A model generated the notes under the pieces. It ran no database searches and was not told the DNA's origin. It saw only the letters and a program-made list of their open reading frames with translations. Below are positions 27,173 to 32,000 of a stretch of 32,000 nucleotides of DNA, piece after piece (positions within the stretch are counted from its first letter, which is position 1; each line of letters begins with the position of its first letter). The stretch is taken from positions 30,001-62,000 of the forward strand of contig OY969902.1 in NCBI GenBank assembly GCA_963704435.1. Reading direction: 5' to 3'. The translations under genes and the position numbers were made by a program. Source of the DNA: an uncultured archaeon. Lineage in GTDB: Archaea; Micrarchaeota; Micrarchaeia; Micrarchaeales; CABMGC01.

Positions 27173-27352
27173 ATGCGATGCTCATATTGCACCAGGGAGG
27201 TCGAGCCGGGGACCGGCATAATGTACGTCAAGAAAGTGGGCACAGTGAAGTACTACTGCTCCAGCAGGTGCTACAAGTTCGAAGTGAACCAGGGCAAGAA
27301 GCAGAGGATGAAGGAGCAGAAGGGACTCGCGAAGGCAGCGGCGAAGAAATAA
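27173..27352 (+). CDS. rpl24e: 50S ribosomal protein L24e (59 aa), absent from the supplied ORF track
   Basis: Translated by hand: MRCSYCTREVEPGTGIMYVKKVGTVKYYCSSRCYKFEVNQGKKQRMKEQKGLAKAAAKK*, with CxxC...CxxxC zinc ribbon; directly downstream of S28e. Confidence 0.93.
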   Translation: MRCSYCTREVEPGTGIMYVKKVGTVKYYCSSRCYKFEVNQGKKQRMKEQKGLAKAAAKK

Positions 27353-27399
27353 TAGATGCTTAGGCCTAGGGGCCCGCGCAGCGCGGGAGGCCGGAATCG

Positions 27400-28494
27400 G
27401 TGCGTGGTGAGATTGTGGGAAGCGCAAAAGAACTAGTTGTGATAAGAAGGCCTACGGCAAAAGATACGGGTGTGGGCATATTCAACTTTTTGCCCGACTT
27501 CTCAGTCGTTGACTGGGGTCCGGTGGATCAGTTCGACAAGGGATCGGCCGTGTGCATGATGGCCGCGTACAACCTCGAGCGTTTGGAGGAGAAACGCATA
27601 AGGACGCACTATCTGGGCCTAGTGGATGATAGAGGTGAGACTGTCAGGTTTGGGGAAATAGATTCACCTACCAATCAGATGAAGGTTGCGCTTGTTAATG
27701 TCATCCAGCCTAGGGCTATGACTGTTGGCGAAAAGTTCTTTGGATACGACTACAGCGTCTTCGCCACAAAGGATCTTGCCAATTATCTGCTGCCTCTCGA
27801 AGTGATATACCGAAACGAGATGTCTACTGATCTCAATTCTTCGCTGTTCAGGCGCCTGAAGAAGGGCGAGACGACGCCCGAGAAGCTGGGTCTCGACCAC
27901 TACCCGGTGCCCGGTGAGCGCCTATCAAGGCCGATTTCCGATGTGAGCACGAAGCTGGAGAAGCCCGACCGCTACATGGGCTGGGAGGAGGCAAAGCAGA
28001 TCTCCGGTCTGAGCGAAGTGGAGTCCGCCGAGGTGCTGCGCGTTCTCACTACTGTGAACAACACCATAACCGCATGCTGCTCCGCTGCAGGTATGGTGAA
28101 CGTGGACGGGAAGATCGAGCTTGCATTTGATGACAAAAGGAGGCTCATGCTCGTGGATGTAGTGGGGACCCAAGAGGAGTGCAGGATGACCTTCAATGGC
28201 ATCGACGTTGGCAAGCAGGTCCAGAGACTGATATACGAGCAAACGGCGTGGTACTTAGACGTTCTGGAGGCAAAGGACGCGGCAAAGGCGCAGATGGTGG
28301 AGGACTGGAGGACGCTGTGCCCCTCGAAGCCGCCCAAGCTGGATGCGAGGCAGAATGAGCTGTCTAGCCAGATATACAAGTCCGTGACTAACGAGTACAC
28401 GCGGCGCCACATATTCGACGTGCCCACACTGGCGGAGGTCGTCAAGGAGCTTGTCAGGTACCAGACCGCAGCCGTGAAGGAGCGAAATATCTGA
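27400..28494 (+). CDS. purC: Phosphoribosylaminoimidazole-succinocarboxamide synthase-like (SAICAR synthetase)
   Basis: FLPDFSVVDWGPVDQFDKGSAVCMMAAYNLERLEEKRIRTHYLGLVDD and LLPLEVIYRNEMSTDLNSSLFRRLKKG match the archaeal PurC-like pattern. Confidence 0.78.
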   Translation: MRGEIVGSAKELVVIRRPTAKDTGVGIFNFLPDFSVVDWGPVDQFDKGSAVCMMAAYNLERLEEKRIRTHYLGLVDDRGETVRFGEIDSPTNQMKVALVNVIQPRAMTVGEKFFGYDYSVFATKDLANYLLPLEVIYRNEMSTDLNSSLFRRLKKGETTPEKLGLDHYPVPGERLSRPISDVSTKLEKPDRYMGWEEAKQISGLSEVESAEVLRVLTTVNNTITACCSAAGMVNVDGKIELAFDDKRRLMLVDVVGTQEECRMTFNGIDVGKQVQRLIYEQTAWYLDVLEAKDAAKAQMVEDWRTLCPSKPPKLDARQNELSSQIYKSVTNEYTRRHIFDVPTLAEVVKELVRYQTAAVKERNI

Positions 28495-28506
28495 TTTGCT
28501 GATCTA

Positions 28507-28971
28507 ATGAAAATAGTCAGCGCCTGTCTAGCAGGCAAGAACTGCAAATGGAATGGAAAGAGCAGCGCCAGCGCTGCGGTCGTGGAGATGGTCGAGAGGG
28601 GCGAGGCCATCGCGGCCTGCCCCGAGGAGCTTGGAGGCCTTCCCACGCCAAGGAAGCCCTGCGGGATCTATGGCGGAACCGGCGAAGACGTTCTAAACGG
28701 GAAAGCTAGCGTCAGGTCCGTCGGAGACGGGGAGGACATGACCGAGCTGTTCCTGAAGGGCGCTAGGGAATTCTTGAAAACGGCGAAGTCAGTTAACGCG
28801 AAATCGGCAATCCTGCGCACGCCGAGCCCATCATGCGGCTTCGGCAGGACCTGGAGGCTCGACGACAGCTTTGCAAACCACGTGGCTGAAGGAGACGGGG
28901 TCACCGCCGCGCTGCTGAAAAAGAACGGGATTGAGGTCATAACGGGAAATGATGAAGACGGCAAGGGATAA
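28507..28971 (+). CDS. DUF523 family protein
   Basis: VSACLAGKNCKWNGKS, AACPEELGGLPTPRKPCGI, GEDMTELFLKGAREFLKTAK, AILRTPSPSCG. Confidence 0.85.
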   Translation: MKIVSACLAGKNCKWNGKSSASAAVVEMVERGEAIAACPEELGGLPTPRKPCGIYGGTGEDVLNGKASVRSVGDGEDMTELFLKGAREFLKTAKSVNAKSAILRTPSPSCGFGRTWRLDDSFANHVAEGDGVTAALLKKNGIEVITGNDEDGKG

Positions 28972-28979
28972 GAGAAAGC

Positions 28980-29003
28980 AATATATATCTATAGCCATAT
29001 ATT
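28980..29003. promoter_or_regulatory. Inverted repeat AATATAT-N10-ATATATT, candidate TA promoter/operator
   Basis: 7-bp perfect arms directly upstream of the antitoxin ATG (29011), overlapping the likely TATA element. Confidence 0.5.
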
Positions 29004-29010
29004 GTCAGCT

Positions 29011-29241
29011 ATGGAAACTACAATCCAGGTGCACCGGACCCTAAAGGCCAAACTAGAAAAATTGAAACTCTATTCGAGAGAATCCTATGGAATGGTGATC
29101 GAAAGACTTATCTCTAGTAGCATGGATGATGAATCCCTATCTGAAGAGGAGATAAAAGGCATAGAGGAAGGCTTGGCCGACATAAAGGCAGGTAGGGTAT
29201 ACACTACGAAGGAATTGAAGAAGCAACTAGGGATCCAATGA
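29011..29241 (+). CDS. Type II antitoxin, RelB/RHH-like
   Basis: METTIQVHRTLKAKLEKLKLYSRESYGMVIERLI (N-terminal strand-helix-helix) with acidic C-terminal tail; ATGA overlap with the toxin gene. Confidence 0.8.
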   Translation: METTIQVHRTLKAKLEKLKLYSRESYGMVIERLISSSMDDESLSEEEIKGIEEGLADIKAGRVYTTKELKKQLGIQ

Positions 29242-29495
29242 GTTACCAAGTAATTTGGTCTCAAAGATCAAGAAAGGATCTTGAAATGCTTGGAAAGAAT
29301 ACGTCTATCAGAATAATCTCAAAAGTAGAAAGCATAACAGAAAATCCGTTTGCTTTTGTAAAAAAGTTGCACGGAGTATCGCTCTATAGTCTTAGGACAG
29401 GAAACTACAGGACCATACTAGACATTGAGAATAAGAGGCTGGTAATTTTTGTCGTTAGGATTGGGCATAGGAGCAGAATCTATGCTGATTTTTAG
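29238..29495 (+). CDS. Type II toxin, RelE/ParE superfamily
   Basis: YQVIWSQRSRKDLEMLG ... FVKKLHGVSLYSLRTGNYRTILDIENKRLVIFVVRIGHRSRIY, canonical RelE/ParE fold motifs. Confidence 0.88.
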   Translation: MSYQVIWSQRSRKDLEMLGKNTSIRIISKVESITENPFAFVKKLHGVSLYSLRTGNYRTILDIENKRLVIFVVRIGHRSRIYADF

Positions 29496-29619
29496 CAGAA
29501 TCGACTCAATTGAATTCGCCGCAGCGTGCGAAACAAAAAGCAATCAATAAATAGCTTGGGTGTGGATTATTAGAGTTTGCGGCGCATCCAAGCGCCAGCG
29601 GAACGGATGAGGTGGACAC

Positions 29620-30033
29620 ATGCCAAGAAACTCGAATGCAACTGTTGACGACAGCACGCAGGCTTCGGACACTTCCGTAACCGGCGCTCCTTCAAGGGGC
29701 CAGGGGAGGAAGTGGCTCATGATAGCGGCGGTTGGCGTGGTCGCGCTCATAGTGGGCCTGCTCATAGGCACCGCGATAAGCGCCCCATCTCTCGACCTGT
29801 GCTCTTACGGCATACCCAACGCCACCAACAGCTCCCTGCTCGACAGCGTCGACGCGTTCAGGATCGTCATGGTGAACGCGTCCTTCCAGGAGGTGAACGT
29901 GACGTCGCAGTTCTGCGATACGAACCTGACGGCCCAGCAGAACGCCTCGATCCTCGAGCTCTTCAACCGTTCGCAGATGGTACAGTTCATACGCGCAGAC
30001 CTGGCGCCTGTGCTTAGCGCGGCGCGGATCTAG
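29620..30033 (+). CDS. Single-TM anchored extracytoplasmic protein rich in N-glycosylation sequons
   Basis: TM segment WLMIAAVGVVALIVGLLIGTAI followed by an about 85-aa ectodomain with 7 NxS/T sequons. Confidence 0.65.
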   Translation: MPRNSNATVDDSTQASDTSVTGAPSRGQGRKWLMIAAVGVVALIVGLLIGTAISAPSLDLCSYGIPNATNSSLLDSVDAFRIVMVNASFQEVNVTSQFCDTNLTAQQNASILELFNRSQMVQFIRADLAPVLSAARI

Positions 30034-30062
30034 GCCCTCTCAGCGGCCCCCAAGGCGCACAG

Positions 30063-30098
30063 GGAGCGGGCGTCCATCTCCTCCTGTAGCCCCGCTCC
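30063..30098. other. Inverted repeat GGAGCGGG...CCCGCTCC between small membrane-protein genes
   Basis: 8-bp perfect arms with 20-nt loop. Confidence 0.45.
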
Positions 30099-30142
30099 GA
30101 TAGGTTTAAATAGCTAAGCCGAGAATTATGCTCGGGATTTGC

Positions 30143-30397
30143 ATGGAATTTTGGAAGACAATTACGGGAGTGATCGTGATACTGATAGGGATCGCGGTGT
30201 TCTGGCAGGGTTTTAGCACGGTGAGCCAGTGCAACTCGATCTTAGGCAAAGTGGCTACGGCGGTAACCTCCATCTTCGGCGGAACCGGAGCGCAGGCCTG
30301 CTACAATGCCCAGATAGCCGAGATAGGAGGCATCCTTCTGGTCCTGATAGGCCTGGCAGTGATCTTCTTCCCTATGAAGAAGAAGGGCAGGAAGTAA
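30143..30397 (+). CDS. Small two-TM membrane protein
   Basis: MEFWKTITGVIVILIGIAVFWQGF ... AEIGGILLVLIGLAVIFFPMKKKGRK; TTTAAAT box at 30105-30111 favours ATG 30143 over the track start 30128. Confidence 0.7.
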   Translation: MEFWKTITGVIVILIGIAVFWQGFSTVSQCNSILGKVATAVTSIFGGTGAQACYNAQIAEIGGILLVLIGLAVIFFPMKKKGRK

Positions 30398-30434
30398 TAC
30401 CTGAAGGTCTGACGGCGGTCTTTTCTTAGGGTCT

Positions 30435-30461
30435 GGCCCCTTGCGGGGCCGGGCCTTTTTT
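30435..30461 (+). terminator. Intrinsic terminator-like hairpin with T-run
   Basis: GGCCCC-TTGC-GGGGCC followed by GGGCCTTTTTT. Confidence 0.7.
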
Positions 30462-30479
30462 ATGTTTGTGATGGTATCA

Positions 30480-30686
30480 ATGGCAGCGACATGCGTAATC
30501 TGCGGGAAGAAGGTCGACAGGTCCGTCTCGGACCCCAAACATCCCGATCAGCGCGTGTGCCTGGACTGCCTCAGGGGCCTCGTATTCAACATGAGCACGG
30601 TCGAGGAGGCGATGAAGCCCATGGTCGACGCATTCACGGACGCCCTCTCGGAGATAAAGGACGAGGTAGAGCAGGGAAGCAAGTAG
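30480..30686 (+). CDS. Small zinc-finger-like protein
   Basis: MAATCVICGKKVDRSVSDPKHPDQRVCLDCLRGLVF (CxxC...CxxC). The track start at 30441 lies inside the terminator hairpin, so ATG 30480 is preferred. Confidence 0.65.
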   Translation: MAATCVICGKKVDRSVSDPKHPDQRVCLDCLRGLVFNMSTVEEAMKPMVDAFTDALSEIKDEVEQGSK

Positions 30687-30718
30687 CGAGATTTATGCTT
30701 AATTGATGGTAGATGAAT

Positions 30719-30958
30719 ATGGCGAAGAGAACTAGGAGAACGAGATCAAGGGCTGCTGCAAGGTCTGCAAGGCCAACCCCAACAAAGGAGATAGCCGTGC
30801 CCAAGAACCTGAACTACAGGAAGATCGGAGGAGTGGTGCTGGCGGTCGTCGGCGCCCTGCTGGTCCTGGCGAACCTGTCAGGATTGCTGTATGCCTTCGC
30901 CGGGATAGTCCTGATATACTTCGGGCTGAGGCTGCTCGGATACAACATTAAGGTCTGA
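30719..30958 (+). CDS. Small membrane protein with Arg-rich N-terminal tail
   Basis: MAKRTRRTRSRAAARSARPTPTKEIAVPKN then IGGVVLAVVGALLVLANLSGLLYAFAGIVLIYFGLRLLGYNI. Confidence 0.65.
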   Translation: MAKRTRRTRSRAAARSARPTPTKEIAVPKNLNYRKIGGVVLAVVGALLVLANLSGLLYAFAGIVLIYFGLRLLGYNIKV

Positions 30959-30971
30959 AGCCGCTGTTTCT

Positions 30972-30989
30972 GCGGGCCCAACGGCCCGC
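30972..30989. other. Perfect hairpin GCGGGCC-CAAC-GGCCCGC, possible 3' end structure
   Basis: 7-bp stem, 4-nt loop, 14 nt after the stop of the preceding gene. Confidence 0.5.
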
Positions 30990-31174
30990 TCCAGGCTGAT
31001 TCCGCTAGCGTCATCTGGCTACTTTTTACATCCCTCGGCGCGGGAACAAAATCCTGACAATGGTATATATACCCTAAAATCCATAATATAGTTATAAGTG
31101 GGGTATGACGGGCTTCTGACTGCGGCGACACGGCGGTGTATGGGAGTACAGTGCTCCCATGATAACAAGAAATC

Positions 31175-31227
31175 CAGTGAGAACCGGAAAACTCACAATG
31201 GTTTTTATAGGAGGAAATCCATAATTA
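31175..31227 (+). promoter_or_regulatory. 53-nt promoter/leader module, copy 1
   Basis: CAGTGAGAACCGGAAAACTCACAATGGTTTTTATAGGAGGAAATCCATAATTA; 50/53 identical to 31644-31696; contains TTTTTATA. Confidence 0.8.
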
Positions 31228-31246
31228 TGTATAAGAGGTTGAAACA

Positions 31247-31636
31247 ATGAATAAAAAATTGCTTCCAGAAGATTTGAGATCGATTAATCCTGAGGTTTCG
31301 AAGGCCGACCTGAAGCCTGCGAAGCGAGGAGGAATCTGCCCCACAATAACTGCGGCTGCCATTTCAGGCGCTTTTGCAGGGGCGTTCGTTACGGCGATGG
31401 TTGTGGCGCCTGAAAAAGTTGTAGACGTGGCAGTAGGCGCGGCTAACGATGTGCTTTTTATCGGTTCACAAATAGTGCCGCGGACGTACACTGTGCTGTC
31501 AAACACAGCGCTTACCTATGGGGTGCCAGTGGTGGATGTGGCGGCCACGATTGTGGTGTTCGGATCCGTCGGGCTAGCGCTCCTTGCCAATGCTGTGCGC
31601 AAAGCGGAGGGAAGTTCGCCGAAGGGCAAGCAGTGA
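31247..31636 (+). CDS. Small membrane protein, array member 1
   Basis: 129 aa; KADLKPAKR-x26-APE-KVVDVAVG-AAN motif shared with the next gene; hydrophobic segments. Confidence 0.7.
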   Translation: MNKKLLPEDLRSINPEVSKADLKPAKRGGICPTITAAAISGAFAGAFVTAMVVAPEKVVDVAVGAANDVLFIGSQIVPRTYTVLSNTALTYGVPVVDVAATIVVFGSVGLALLANAVRKAEGSSPKGKQ

Positions 31637-31643
31637 CTCCCGT

Positions 31644-31696
31644 CAGTGGGAACTGGAAAACTCACAATGATTTTTATAGGAGGAAATCCATAATTA
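31644..31696 (+). promoter_or_regulatory. 53-nt promoter/leader module, copy 2
   Basis: CAGTGGGAACTGGAAAACTCACAATGATTTTTATAGGAGGAAATCCATAATTA; three mismatches to copy 1. Confidence 0.8.
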
Positions 31697-31714
31697 CATG
31701 TAAAGGCGAAGAAG

Positions 31715-32000
31715 ATGTTCAGACCAATAAGCAACCTGTCAGATAACCCAAGCCTTGCTTATAGATCGAGCCCGAGCGCAGCAGGGAAAATGCAATCTGA
31801 GGAAAAAATTTATCCCGTTATTCCCAAAGAAACCCTTACGGGCCTGAAGCGGACTTTTACTGGACGCGAAATAGCTCTTATCGAAGTTGGCACTGCCCTC
31901 ACGACGGTGGCAGTGATGGCTGCCGGATTCACATATGCGCCCGAACAAACGCAGTACTGGCTAACTACTGCAGCCAACGCGATATTGGATCCGCTTGCGT
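31715..32000 (+). CDS. Small membrane protein, array member 2 (3'-truncated by the window edge; not in ORF track)
   Basis: Hand translation MFRPISNLSDNPSLAYRSSPSAAGKMQSEEKIYPVIPKETLTGLKRTFTGREIALIEVGTALTTVAVMAAGFTYAPEQTQYWLTTAANAILDPLA..., open to the window end. Confidence 0.65.
   Translation, partial: MFRPISNLSDNPSLAYRSSPSAAGKMQSEEKIYPVIPKETLTGLKRTFTGREIALIEVGTALTTVAVMAAGFTYAPEQTQYWLTTAANAILDPLA

Noticed and set aside
31227-31249. Mini-ORF MYKRLKQ overlapping the ATG at 31247 (possible leader peptide)
   Set aside because: It lies only about 18 nt after the TATA-like box, so probably upstream of or at the TSS. Copy 2 has ATG-TAA at the equivalent position, so the peptide is not conserved.
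1-32000. CRISPR arrays or Cas/defence operons
   Set aside because: No regularly spaced repeats, and no Cas, R-M, nuclease-helicase or reverse-transcriptase domains recognised. The only defence-adjacent locus is the RelBE-type TA pair.

Overview
This is an archaeal chromosomal window, supported by archaeal-type aRF1, RpoK, L30e, S28e, L24e, L7Ae, EF-2, TATA-like promoters and an intronless type-II tRNA-Leu. Most of it is housekeeping. Left part: M1 aminopeptidase (5'-truncated by the window edge), EamA-like transporter, GT4/GPT-type glycosyltransferase, histone-fold protein, aRF1, an orphan 496-aa protein, serS, tRNA-Leu(UAG) and a GT2 glycosyltransferase. Middle part: an intact 1059-bp insertion sequence with an exact 8-bp target duplication just upstream of rpoK, a geranylgeranyl-reductase-family protein, a metallophosphoesterase, a membrane M50 protease with CBS domains, SMC, a signal-peptidase-I-like protein with a large sequon-rich insertion, a hemerythrin-like protein, an L30e-S12-S7-EF-2 cluster and an isoprenoid-synthase-like protein. 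Right part: L7Ae-S28e-L24e (L24e is absent from the supplied ORF track), PurC-like, DUF523 and a RelBE-type toxin-antitoxin pair. The last 2.4 kb is a run of small, mostly membrane-associated proteins. It ends in two tandem genes preceded by a near-identical 53-nt promoter/leader module, and their products share the spaced motif K-x2-L-x3-KR-x26/28-APE-x8-AAN. That is the most novel-looking signal here, probably an expanding small-membrane-protein array that continues beyond the window. I found no CRISPR array, no Cas genes and no clear defence island. The TA pair and the tandem small-membrane-protein module are the best accessory candidates.
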